A DNA stretch of 64,000 nt, taken from NCBI RefSeq assembly GCF_004010195.1, contig NC_057719.1:84859012-84923011 (forward strand), read 5' to 3'. Both the position numbers and the translations under genes were made by a program. The notes under the pieces are model-generated. The model had not been told where the DNA came from and did no database searches. It was given only the letters and a program-made list of their open reading frames with translations. This document shows positions 13,273 through 25,390 of the stretch, in pieces. The first letter of the stretch is position 1. Each line of letters begins with the position of its first letter. This DNA is from Chiloscyllium plagiosum (lineage: Eukaryota).

Positions 13273-13799
13273 NNNNNNNNNNNNNNNNNNNNNNNNNNNN
13301 NNNNNNNNNNNNNNNNNNNNNNNNNNNNNNNNNNNNNNNNNNNNNNNNNNNNNNNNNNNNNNNNNNNNNNNNNNNNNNNNNNNNNNNNNNNNNNNNNNNN
13401 NNNNNNNNNNNNNNNNNNNNNNNNNNNNNNNNNNNNNNNNNNNNNNNNNNNNNNNNNNNNNNNNNNNNNNNNNNNNNNNNNNNNNNNNNNNNNNNNNNNN
13501 NNNNNNNNNNNNNNNNNNNNNNNNNNNNNNNNNNNNNNNNNNNNNNNNNNNNNNNNNNNNNNNNNNNNNNNNNNNNNNNNNNNNNNNNNNNNNNNNNNNN
13601 NNNNNNNNNNNNNNNNNNNNNNNNNNNNNNNNNNNNNNNNNNNNNNNNNNNNNNNNNNNNNNNNNNNNNNNNNNNNNNNNNNNNNNNNNNNNNNNNNNNN
13701 NNNNNNNNNNNNNNNNNNNNNNNNNNNNNNNNNNNNNNNNNNNNNNNNNNNNNNNNNNNNNNNNNNNNNNNNNNNNNNNNNNNNNNNNNNNNNNNNNNN
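13273..13799. other. Assembly gap (527 N) flanked by CT-rich low-complexity sequence
   Basis: Run of N. Confidence 1.
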
Positions 13800-13954
13800 T
13801 AAACTCTCTTCTTCCTTTTCCTCTCTTTGCAATGCTTGTTCTTTTCTTTCTCTTTTTCTTCAAGTTCCAGTATTTTATGTTCCTTTTCTTTTTCCATTTC
13901 TAGCTGCTTTACTTCCTTCTCATGCTCAAACTGCTTTAAATTCAACTGAATTGT

Positions 13955-14140
13955 TGTCCAAAGGATGGGCAGGTTAAGTGGATTGGTCATGCTAAATTGT
14001 CCATAATCTCCAGAGATGTGCTGACTATGTGGATTAACCATTAGGTAGCAGGGGTGGGTCTGGGTGGGATGCTCTTTGGAGGGTCAATGCGGACTTGCTG
14101 AACTGAAAGTCCTGCTTCCACACACAATAAATTCTGTGAA
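13955..14140 (+). mobile_element. HE1-type SINE fragment inserted in gag
   Basis: GATTGGTCATGCTAAATTG...GGGTGGGATGCTCTTTGGAGGGTC. Confidence 0.8.
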
Positions 14141-14503
14141 TGATCACAAATTCAAGTGACTTATAACTTGATGTACCTCATCCCCATTGTATTTTTACCA
14201 ATCTTAAATACAGTGCATATTAATTATCTCTGCCACCTTGGCTTCTGTAGAAACACCCCCCAATCAACTCATTTTTTAATTCAGTTGCTTGCTCTTCGTT
14301 AACTCCTGTAAAGCAGTCAGGTTGATGTTAGTAGTTCCCAATCCCATACTATTTTGTAGAGCAGGAGCCTGATGTCTGTCCTTTCATCCTTTCCCAACAA
14401 ACTTTACTTCACTTCAATCTCATGTTGTCTGCATTCAAAAATCCAAAAGTGAGCCTTACCTTGATCTGTAATCAAGTCCCAGTATTCCATAAGCGACCAT
14501 TAA

Positions 14504-16618
14504 TGTATAAACACAAAATAGTTCATTTGTCTGACTTCTAACTGCTACTCAGGAAAGGATGCAAAGGTAAGTCTGGGAACTATAGATCAGTAGGGTTAAT
14601 ATCTGAGGTGGATAAGTTACTTGAGAAGGTTCTGAAAGATAAGATATACATGCATTTGGAAAGACTGTTTGATTAGGAGTGGTCAGCATGGCTTTGTGTG
14701 TGGGAGATCATGTCTCATAAATTTGTTAGAGTTCTTTGATGAAGTGACCAGAAAAGTTGACGAGGGCAGGGTGGTAGACATAGTCTACATGGATTTCAGT
14801 ATAGCCTTTGATAAGATTCCACATGGTAGGCTGCTCTGGAAGTTTAGATCGCATGGAATCCAGAGGAAGCTGGTAAATTGGATACAAAATTCGCTTGATG
14901 GTAAGAAGCAGAAGGCAATAGTGGAAGTATGCTTGTTGAACTGGAGGTCTGTGACTAGTGGTATGCCTCAGGGGTCGGTGCTGGGCCCATTGCTGTTCGT
15001 TATCTATATCAATGATTTGGATGAGAAAGTACAAGACATGATTAGTAAGTTTGCAGATGACACTAAAATAGGCAGTATCATGGACAATGAGAAAGGATTT
15101 CAAAAATTGCAGCAGGACCTTGATCAGCTGGGGAAGTGAGCTGAGAAATGGCAAATGGAGTTTAATATAGATAAGTGTGAGGTTTTGCATTTTGGACAGT
15201 CAAATCAAGGTAGGGGTTTTATGGTGAATGATAGGGCCTTAAAGAGTGTAGTGGAACAGAGGGATCTTGGAGTTCACATTCACAGTTCTCTGAAAGTGGA
15301 ATCACAGGTAGACAGGGAAGTGAAGAAGGCTTTTGGAACACTGGCCTTCATCAGTCATGGCATTGCACATAGAAGTTGGGAAGTTGTGTTGCAGTTAAAC
15401 AGGATGTTGGTGAGACTGCACTTGGAGTATTATGTTCAGTTTTGGTCACCTTGTTACAGGAAGGATGTTATTAAACTGCAAAGAGTACAGAGGAAATTTA
15501 CAAGGATGTTACCTGGACTCAATGGTCTGAGTTATAGGGAGAGGTTGGACAAACTACGACTTTCTTCTTTCGAGTGTAGGAGACTGAGGGGAGACCTTAG
15601 AGAGATATAAGATCTTGAGAGGCATGGATAGGCTGAATGCACTCAGTCTTTTTCCCAGCATTGGGGAATACAGGGCCCTGGTTTAAGGTTAGAGGGGAAG
15701 GAATAAAAGGGAACCTGACTGACAACATTTTTACACAGAGGGTGATACACGTATGGAATAAGCTGCCAGCAGAAGTGGTTGAGGCAGGTACATTAATACT
15801 ATTTAAAAGGCATTTGGACAAATACATGGATAGGAAAAAATTAGAAGGATATGGGCCAAGTGCAGTGAAATGGGGTTAGCGTGAACAGACATTTTGGTTG
15901 GCGTGGATCAGTATGGGCCAAAGGGCCTGTCTCTTTGCTGTAGGATTCTATGAATCTATGTATTTCGCACAAAAGAAAATCATACCAGGTTTTATCAATA
16001 AACAGAAAGTAAAATGTTATCCTTCAACAAATGGCAAAAAGGTTTGTTAACTCTATATATGAACTTAAACTGTGTCCCTTTTAAATCTATGTTTGCACAC
16101 ATTCATTTGCAAATAGGACAGACAATAGAGAGGTCTGCAGAAATAGTATATGTGGAAAGTAGGCAAAATGAACAAATTTTGTGGATCAAAAGTCCAAACA
16201 AGAATGGTAGAATGAGTTGACTTTCCCAGAATTCTTTTTGCATATAGTAATGATACCAGGGTGTTGTTGACTGCATCCTCCGTTCAGTAGTGGTCATTTG
16301 GACCTGGGTCTCTGCTTCGGGTAGATATTCTTTTCTGAGTCTTTTGAGAGGTTTCTCATTCTCTTAAGGTGAAAAAGAGGTAGAGGCTTGTCATTGCTTG
16401 CAGGGTTTCTGGAGGTCTGTGTTCAAGTGTTTCTTCAGTCTGTAACAAGCTGCCACTTAAAATTCCAAAGGAACATTGCTAAGCAGATTTGTAACCCCAA
16501 GGCACCTGGTGTCAAGTTGTGTCACAAAAGTATCAAATCCAGCTTTTCCAAAAGATATGTAACCTTGTTAACAAGTAAGTGAACAGAACATCGCTCCATT
16601 TTTGACCTTAGAGTTACA
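14504..16618 (-). repeat. Putative 5' LTR of the Gmr1-like element, split by the CR1 insertion
   Basis: Minus starts TGTAAC at 16618 and ends TATACA at 14504, followed by a degenerate TGG.. PBS-like sequence. Confidence 0.5.
14550..15960 (+). mobile_element. CR1/HER1 LINE, 5' truncated, best-preserved RT in the window; inserted in the putative 5' LTR
   Basis: ORFs 14669-15139, 15155-15610 and 15637-15879: QHGF..GRSCL, YMDFS.AFD, GMPQGSVLGP, KFADDTK, RRLRGDL; tail ATTCTATGAATCTATG. Confidence 0.95.
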
Positions 16619-17314
16619 AAATGAAAATTCTCTGCACACAGTAGTGTCTAATCTTCCATTTCTACCAGTTTATATTCCCAAAATTAGACATGTTTTTGAT
16701 ATGTTTAAATGAGGAACTCAGCTCATTTGTCTATTGCAACCACGCACCCCTCCATCCCCCCAACCTTGTTAAAACTCTAAGTGGATTGAATTTGAGTTTT
16801 CAGTTCTGTATTAACTCCTAGTGGACCAAGGTCCGTCAATTTGGGGTTTAAAATTACTCCCATGTGTCAGAAATGCCATTATTTAGGAAATTTTGGTTAT
16901 TTCACACCACAGAATCATGCAACAATTTAACTCTGTTTGCCTGTGGAGCTTTCTTGATCTATGCAGAAAATATAGTTCCAAAGCCCAATGGTCAATTCAG
17001 CAATGTTCACATCATAAGACAATAGTCTAGTCCAGGTTAACTGCATTTAGCGTCACCTGGTGTTTCCCAGTAACCCCACTCTGACATGGTTGTCTCTGTC
17101 ACATTTGCTACAGATGAGAATAGTGGGCTGAACACACGTGTGATTTGCTGGCCTTGGTTTTCTTTGGGCCATCTTCTTGGCTAGCTGAACTTCTAATTTC
17201 TACTCCCTTCTTCCAATGTACTACAGAGGTCATGCTCATCAGCAGCTGTCTCTCAATTGTCAGTATCAATATCTGCCATCTGCAATGCAACATTCTTGTC
17301 CACGTCATTTGTCA

Positions 17315-18345
17315 TACAGTCATAGAGTCCTACAGCATGGAGACAGGCTCTTTTGCCTAAACTGGTCCATGCCAACCAAAATGTCTATCAATGCTAAGCC
17401 CATTTCCCTGCACTTGGCCCATATCATTCTAAACCTTTCCTGTCCATGTGTTTGTCCTAATGCCTTTTAAATGTTGTTAATGTACCCGCCTTAACCACTT
17501 CTGTTGGCAGTTCATTCCATATGCGTACCACCCTCTGTGTAAAATGTTCCCACTCAGGTTCCTTTTTATTCTTTCCCCTCTAACCTTACACTGATGCCCT
17601 CTAGTCCTTGATTCCCCAACCCTGGGAAAACCCTGACTGCATTCACCCTATCCGTGCATCTCATGATCTTCTACACTTCTATAAAATTCCCCCTTAGTCT
17701 CCTATGCTCAAAAGAAAAAAGGTCCTAGTTTGTTCAACCTCTCTTGACCATTGAGTTCTGGCAACATCCTTGTCAATTGTTATTACATCCTTCCTATAGC
17801 AAGGTGTCCAAAACTGAACACAGTACTCCAAGTGTGACATCACCAATGTCCTGTACCTCTGTACTCGACGCCCTGGCTGATGAAGGCCAGTGTGTCAAAA
17901 GCCTTCTTCACCTGGACTCCACTTGCAGAGACCCGTGCCTTGAAGATCCCTCTGTTCCACTACACTCCTTAAGGCCCTACCATTCACCATGAAACTCCTA
18001 CCTTGATTTGACTTTCCAAAATGCAAGACCTCATACTTATCTCTATTTGTCTCACTGATGCTGATGGTGTTTACAGGTATTATAGCGTATCCTTTTGCAA
18101 CTGAAGATGTTATTAGAGTCATAGAATCCTACACCATGGAGACAGTCCCTTCAGCCCAAACTCGTCTATGCCGATCAAAATGTCCATCGACACTGACCCC
18201 ATTTTCCTGCACTTGGCCCGTATCCTGCAAAATCTTTTCTATCCATGTATTTGTCCAAATGTCTTTTAAATGTTGTTAATGTACACTCCTCAACCATTAC
18301 CGCTTGCAGCTCATCTCATATGCTTACCATCCTCTGTGTAAGAAA
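17315..18345 (-). mobile_element. Two CR1 3' fragments (17315-18045 and 18112-18345)
   Basis: Tails CATAGAGTC; DKYEVLHFGKSNQGRSFMVNGRALRSVVEQRDL. Confidence 0.9.
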
Positions 18346-18349
18346 AGTA

Positions 18350-19010
18350 TCAAGTGTTCCTTGATATGGGATTCTAGTTTGGCATCATCAATATAGAGCA
18401 GTTCTGTGATGGGGTCCAAGTGCACCTTTATCTTTAATCTCAAGCGAGCAAATTTGAACAGCTTTCTATCCATTCTGGTATGTAAGTAGATATACTTTGT
18501 AGATGACCTGAAGACCTGTGACAGTAACAAAGAAAAGAATATGCCAAAGAGTGTCAGTGTGTCTTGATAGGCTTACTGCCATTTTGTTCCTTTCATGCAA
18601 GCCCCTAGCATTCTGGAATTTTGGCAACATTACATCCAGCAGTCTGCTGAATTTTGCTTTGAATGGCTATTCAAATATTCAGTGTCTTCTCACTGAGCAT
18701 GCATTGTTGTAGATACCAGAGATGCATATTATTGAGCTTTTTTTTCTTTGTTGGTTTAAGTTTTCCAGGTTTCACGTCATATAAGTACATGCTGAGGATA
18801 TAGGCTGCCTTTGTAGCTTTTTTTTTGTGCCTATGGATTAGTTTGTGTCCTTGATCATGTTCATTTTGTTAGTGAGCTAGAGTTAGTGACTGTCTTTCGA
18901 ATATTTGCGCGGAGTCCTTTGTCAAAGTGCAGGTTGGCTATCATTGATCTAAGATGGCAGAATTTTCTGACTACTTCAGGTGGAATGTTTTTGCTGAGTC
19001 TAATTTCAGC
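18350..19010 (-). mobile_element. RTE-clade LINE RT fossil (two segments)
   Basis: TLFGIFFSLLL...TRMDRKLFKFARLR..TELLYIDDA; separate segment EVVRKFCHLRS...ETWKT..KKLNNMHL. Confidence 0.75.
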
Positions 19011-20227
19011 TCCCATGTAATGTGATGACTAATTCCCATGATTTGAATTATGGAACATGTTTGGATTATTTCCATAATATACTCTCATAAATCACTGTTA
19101 TTTTTATGGCTGATTAATGCTGAAAAACTTGATGTTCTGCAAATGAAAAAGATCAAATGATTTTCAGCAGGGAGTCAAGATCCATCTGCTGTATTAAATT
19201 GACATATTAAGTCACATCAGAGCTTTTGTTGCAAATGAGTTTGAATAGTTTGAACAAATATGGGCAGTGTGTTTAAAAGGAGTGGTTTTTTTTTACGTTT
19301 CTATATTTTGGGCCAAAGTGGACTTTGAAGATTTGGATATGCCAATATTTGGTAAGAAGTGAAAACATTTTAGTGTTAATTATGGGCAATGAAACAGAGC
19401 ATTAGTTCAGAATAAGGTGCTTCTTTGAGGAGCAAGTGAGTATATGAACAGACCTAAATTAATATTTATTCAAATAAAACTAAATATTTGCCATGATCGT
19501 CAACAAAATTACACTGGAATTCTGAAATGTATATGTCGGGTATTAATATTTCTTTTTGGCTGTTTAGGTCCATTTGAAACTGGATACTGGCCATAGCAGG
19601 AATGTCAGTTTGACCGAAGAAGGCAGCCTCTTATCTGTCTACTTTTCTAATATAATATTCTTCTGAAATTTTAATTAAATGTTTTGGCTAAGACGTAATA
19701 GAAGGTGTTTATAACTTATATCGAGTCAATATTCACAATTTGTTTTGAGCTTGAGAAAACAACTTCTATCCACAATACAGGATACCATCAAGGTTTGGAA
19801 AAAAAGTAAAAGAGGAAAGGTAAAACAAATTGCTTGACACCCAAGTTTGGGTTGAAAGGCATTGTAATAAAAATGTAGTGTGGTGACAAGAATTTTGACA
19901 TTAGATTGGTACACTCTCAATCAAATTCCTATTTTCAGAAAACACAGCCCAGCTAATAGTCTTATTTATTCTTATCACTCACTAACCATTAGGTTAGTTG
20001 CATGGGTATGGAAGTGTTGTGCTGGTGGAATTGCAACTCCTCAGTCATATGGGTTAAACAAGATTGTGTGTCATTCTGTCAACCATTCCGTCAATCTTAA
20101 CAAATCAGAATTCAAACTAAAGAAAATTCTTCTCTCATTATTTACTGCCTACCTAGGATATGCATCATTATTGTGTATTTAGTTAAGCATGGCACTGGAA
20201 CAATTTACTTGGTTACGGCATCGAAAA

Positions 20228-20328
20228 TTGTGGCCCTGGAAAGGTACAGCAGGTCAGGCAGCATTCGAGGAGCAGGAGCATCCATGTTTCAGGCCCTTCA
20301 TCAGAAATGGCATGACAAAGGCCAGGCT
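20228..20328 (-). mobile_element. Short PLE-derived unit with decayed hammerhead core
   Basis: Minus CTGATGAAGGGCCTGAAAC followed by CTCCTGCTCCTCGAATGCTGCCTGACCTGCTG. Confidence 0.75.
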
Positions 20329-21020
20329 TGTGTTTGTGATTCTCATTGAGATCCTCCTGTCTGTTGTGAAAGAGGGTGAAAGAGAACAAACTTGCAAAGA
20401 CTTTTGTTACCACCATCTCTTCCATTCTTTCCTCTTGACTAAAGAAATGGGTATATGTCAACTCTGTTGACTCTTGCGTGTCACCTCACAACTACAGGCA
20501 ATATTGACAGAGAGCAGGGAACAGCTTGTCTTGATCAGAAGTAAAGTGTGACTTTGGGAGAGTAGAATTTATGAAGGGAAGCAAAAAGAAAAATGCTTAG
20601 ATGCATGATTACATTTTACATTAGAGGGGGATGAAATATTGCTTTCCCTGAGACTTAATTAACCTCAAATTTGAGTATAAAAATGGAAGAACCATTTGCA
20701 GAGCTTGTGAAACAAGAGTTTTGTAAAGTTTGTTCAGTGTGGTGAAACATCTTATCGACTTGAAAGCAAGTTTTGTTCCCAACAAAAGTATTTGTTTACA
20801 ATTTTCTTTGTGGTCCCTATGTGTTGGCAAAACATGGTTTCTCTTGGACCCTGCAGACTTATTTGATCAGTACATGATATTAATTAACCCAGGTACATTT
20901 GCATATATCAGAGAAAGGGCACATAGCACGAAACATCGACAAATGAAACAGCCGCAACTTTATTTTAAGACAACAGGTAAGAACTAAGCTTTACAATTTT
21001 AAATATTCTATTTCTAACTA

Positions 21021-21239
21021 CAGGTTGTTCCACTGTAATGTGTGTTTTGTTAATGCAAATTCGCTATAACACGATTGACGAATTGGGACACTTATTTCTA
21101 AAGCACAAAGTTTTAAACCGTGTATTGATTATAACGTGATCCCAGCCCCATTAGTTTAACTGGTGCTGCTATTACGCGATTTTCTTATAACATGGGATTG
21201 CACAAGAACGGAACCAACGCATTATAGCAGAACTGACCG
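21021..21239. mobile_element. Tc1/mariner (Tigger/MER6-like) MITE
   Basis: TA flanks; imperfect TIRs CAGGTTGTTCCACTGTAATG / CATTATAGCAGAACTGACCG. Confidence 0.75.
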
Positions 21240-21729
21240 TACTTGATTCTGTAGAAAATTAAATACAGGTAACGTTTGCCGGTTTGTCAAGTTGTTTGAT
21301 CTGTTTCTCTCTCTCTTTATGGTTTTGTCTGGTTGCGGGGAGGGGCTGAGCCACTCTGGTCTCTGCCATATCCTAACCTGCCTCTTGGTGGGAGTGAGGG
21401 GAGGGGGGTCAGGTCAAGCCCTGCGAGGGCCTGGTTCTTATTCCTTCCTGGTGACGTTCTGGAATTTTCCAAGGATTTGACCAGTCATGGGACGTTGCAC
21501 TAATTGGTTTTATCACCTTGAAATGGTATTAATTGTTTGCTCACAGTGAACGCTGTAATGTATCTGCCCTTGGGCATGGAAGTCTGGTTTTGGGCCTTAG
21601 ATTTGTTCTGTTTTACTGAGGCACATCTGCCCCATGTATCTAATTGTGCTCTGTTCTGTCAGGAAATATTCACCAGCCCTTTTTTACACTTGCTAATATA
21701 TTGTGGTACCTCTCTGAATTGCAGATGAT

Positions 21730-22385
21730 CAGAATTCTGACAGTGTGGAAGCAATCCATGTGGCCAATCAAGTCCACATCACCCCTCCAAACAACATCCC
21801 ACCTATACCACACCCTACCCTATCCCTGTACCCTCCATCTCCCATGGCTAATTTACCTAGCCTGCACATCCCTGGACACTAAAGGCAATTTAACACTGCC
21901 AATCCACGTAGCCTGCACATGGAGTCATACAGTAATACACCTTGGAAACAAGCCCCTCAGTCCAACCAGTCCATGCTGAAAACAATCCCAGACTAAATTA
22001 GTCCCACCTGCCTGCTCCTGGCCGAAATCCCTCCAAACCTTTCCTATTCATTTATTTATCCAAATGTCTTTTAAATGTCGTAAGTTTACCCACATCCACC
22101 ACTTCCTCAGGAAGTTCATTCCAGATGCAAACTCTGTGTAAAAAATGTGCCTCTCATGTCTTTTTTAAATCTCTCTCCTCTCACCTTAAAAATGTGCCAT
22201 CATCTTGAAATCCCCCAGCCGAGGGAAAAGACAACTACCATGAACTCTATCTATATCCCTCATTATTTTATAAACTTCTACCAGGTCATCTTTGAACTGT
22301 GGGAGGAAATGCATGCGACACAGGGAGAATGTCTCTGTGGAGTTTGCACAGTCATCTGAGGCTGGAATCAAACCCAGGTATCTCA
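21730..22385 (-). mobile_element. HE1 SINE split by a CR1 3' fragment (21921-22286)
   Basis: HE1 sequence breaks at CCTGCACAT and resumes CATCTTTGAACTGTGGGAGG after the CR1 piece. Confidence 0.8.
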
Positions 22386-22404
22386 TTTGATTTACTCCGG
22401 ACCA

Positions 22405-22650
22405 AGTAAAGAGCAACTTTTTCACGCAGAGGGTGGTGTGTGTATGGAATGACCTGCCAGAGGAAGCAGTGGAGGCTGGTACAATTACAATATTTAAAAG
22501 GCATCTGGGTGCGTATGTGAACAGGAAGGGTTTCGAGGGATATTGACCAAGTGCTGGCAAATGGGACTTGATTAGTTTAAGATTGCTAGTCGGCATGGTG
22601 GAGTTGGACTGAAGGGTCTGTTTCTGTGCCGCACATCTCTGTGACTCTAC
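22405..22650 (+). mobile_element. CR1 3' fragment
   Basis: NFFTQRVVCVWNDLPEEAVEAGTI and 3' UTR. Confidence 0.9.
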
Positions 22651-23504
22651 AGCTGTAATTCTAAAGTCTAATACACTTCTCATTGCCAGTTTACATGTTG
22701 ACTGTCATGAGATCTGACTGGAGACAATAAACACAGCCAAACACTGTTAGTGTCAACGAATACACTCAGATTTTAGTTCAGATTGGTATACAATTTTGTC
22801 TGTCATAAACTGATTTTGAAGTAAATATCAAATTCTTCTATGCGGCTGTTTACTGTCACCATTTACTCTGTGCCTCCCTTTCCTCCCCTCTTTGCAGGCA
22901 GCTGTTTCATGTGATCTTAATGGATGCAAAGTCTCCTGACTGGAAAATTGGAAAGCATGATATTCCCAAGTCAACGTAAAATGGTCAGTACTTAACTCTG
23001 TCCAGATATAGAGTTGCTTGTGCCTGTACTCATTTGCCAGTGTAATGCAGCTCCTCTGCCAGTGCTATGCTGCTTTACCTCACTTTCCGTCTTTTGCTGC
23101 TGAATAGATAAGTTAACTTGTTTTCCGATTTCTTTTTCGTGTAGCATGACTAACTATCCAATTTTGGTGCGAGTACCTACTCTGAGTACAGGATTAGTGC
23201 ATGAACTTTTATGTTGCCATTTGAATGTAACTCCACATCACACCTCCATATCAGTAAAGATAGAGAGCTTTTGTCTAGTCTCTGTACAGAGCGTTGAATT
23301 ATCGGTGCCATGTTATATTATCTATTTAGTTGTGAATGCTATATATTTATATTGCTACATCATAACAGTTGATTAAAGCACAAAATTACATAGAATTTTG
23401 TATTAAAGAAATGGGCTATTATCCCAAGTCATATCAGTGCTTATCTGAGCTCAATCCTACAAGGAATATATAGGTTCAATTTCCATATCTTCTCATTAAA
23501 GGTA

Positions 23505-23868
23505 CACTGTTGTAGTGGTTGTGTTACTGAATTAATTAGAATTAGAATTTCAAATTCTAACAAATTGGTTTAAAATCTTGAATTCACTTTTTAAAGAAGC
23601 TGGAAATAAAATCAAGCAACTGTAAAAGAGACCGTGAAACTTCCAAATTGCAGTAAACATCCATCTGGCAATCTGCTGTTTGTACCTAGTCTGGTTCATA
23701 TATGACTCCAATAAAATTGGCTCTGTAAAATGGCCAGTAAGGTCCTCCATTGTATCAAACTGCTATGAAGAATCACCACAGCAGTAGTTCAAGAACAGCA
23801 CCACTTAGGCCTAGACTGGTAATAAATGTTGGTGATGCCATTGTTATCCACATCCTGTGAACAAATTA
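23505..23868 (+). mobile_element. Non-autonomous SINE-like element joining the LINE head (cf. 640) and LINE tail (cf. 59980)
   Basis: Shared head segments and tail CAGTAGTTCAAGAACAGC...AATAAATGTTGG. Confidence 0.55.
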
Positions 23869-24479
23869 AAGGTACAAGTCCTGGACCTCACAACCTTCGA
23901 ATATACTGCGGGTTTGCAGTACACCTGCCATTCCTGAATATATAACTCCATATTCCCATATATAGACTGATAATGTTCCTCCTAACGATGACACAATTTA
24001 CGCCATATCCGAGATTAGATGCTCAGAGATAAGAACCTTCAATAACACTAGTGATGTATTATTTTCCAGGTTCAGTGGAATATCTTTAATTACAAACAGA
24101 CAACATTGACGGGCAGATGCTGAGCAGTGGTCCATTAAGTATGGTGTATATTATGATATCCAGACCCATCATGGTTATGTACTCTTCTACCCACTCCCAA
24201 CCCCCAATTACATATACTATTACACAATTGCACTTTACACCCACTTCCTCCACCATGTAATCTAGAAAATGCAAATTACAAGAGAGAATACCCTGGGCCA
24301 ATAATGTAACCTAGAAAATCTCTCTCAGACCTCCATCATGTGATCAAAACCAGTTGTACAGATCCAATTAACCAACAGCTGTCTATAAAGACATTTGGCA
24401 TCTATCTACCCAGCTCACTCACAGCAAGAGTATGTAACCCACCCCCTCCACAATCAGCCAGTAATTAATTCCATAATCG

Positions 24480-25390
24480 TAAAGCTATAAGAAAAGAAGT
24501 ACTTACAATCCAGATTACTTCCACTCTTGTATGAGTTAAAATTGCACTCCGATCCATTAATCCCAAATAATCTATTAATTATGATGCTATCCAGGCCTTT
24601 CATTATTTTATAGATATTTGTCAAGGCACAGATCTAAGTTATTCAGGTCCTTAAGCATAACTGAATTGCCAATGTTCTTTAAGTTGAGAATCTTCATTGT
24701 TAGCTTGTTGTACCCCTTTCTCAGAACCATAAATCATCCACCACATGGGAGAATGAAAACTGGCCACAGTAATCTTGACGCTGTCTGGCCAGTAAGCTAT
24801 ATAGTTGTCCTTTGGTTTGTACTGACAGGATCTGTTAATACAATTCAGTAACCTATTAACATTAATTGCAGTTTCTCTACATTGGTTATGAACTTTTAGT
24901 GACTTCTGCAAGATATTTTTCTCTAAACTTCTTTTATTAATATTCCTGCAAATGATATGCATTTTTAATTGACCCTACCAACATGAGAATATTACATTTA
25001 TCTAAATTAAATGTTATTTGCCATATCCACTCCTGTAGCACATCTAAGTTTTGTTGAATTTGAATTGCATGCCTTTACTAACTTAATCTATGAATAGATT
25101 TTCGTTCCATCTGCAAACTTACTTTCCATACTCCCCTTCCACTTAAAATCTTTATTAAGAGCCAGGAAGACTAATGGGTCCAGAATTTATCCCAAGGGAG
25201 ACCTGTCATTTGCAATTCCGTGTTTTCTGTTACTGTTAGTGCCTGTCATCTCTCTGAGATGACCTAGTCTGAGAAATATTATCAAAGGCTTTCTGAAAGT
25301 CAGATAAACAATCTTCACCAACCCTCTCAATAAACCCTATATTCTTGTATAACTCTATCTCATTTGTTAAGCTGTTTTGTTGGAAGCTTT
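24480..25390 (-). mobile_element. Very old CR1-group LINE fragment
   Basis: Decayed plus-strand motifs CATCTGCAAACTT (KFAD on minus) and ATCAAAGGCTTTCTGAAAGTC (DFQKAFD on minus). Confidence 0.65.

Larger units (their letters stand above)
12672..14400 (-). pseudogene. Gmr1-like gag with coiled coil and SCAN-like capsid region
   Basis: ORF 12672-13010 MKWPKE...LSGRACEIYRSLSEEVSMDCDAIKK..ELVPKAYRKKF; E/K/R-rich coiled coil flanks the gap. Confidence 0.8.
9120..16618 (-). mobile_element. Decayed Gmr1-like Ty3/Gypsy LTR retrotransposon with nested insertions
   Basis: Minus-strand order: LTR, gag (coiled coil, SCAN-like), protease region, pre-integrase segment, RT, RNase H, LTR. Confidence 0.8.

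Noticed and set aside
13075-14041. Longest ORFs in the track (224-290 aa)
   Set aside because: They are open only because they span the N gap; the flanks are gag coiled coil and an HE1 fragment
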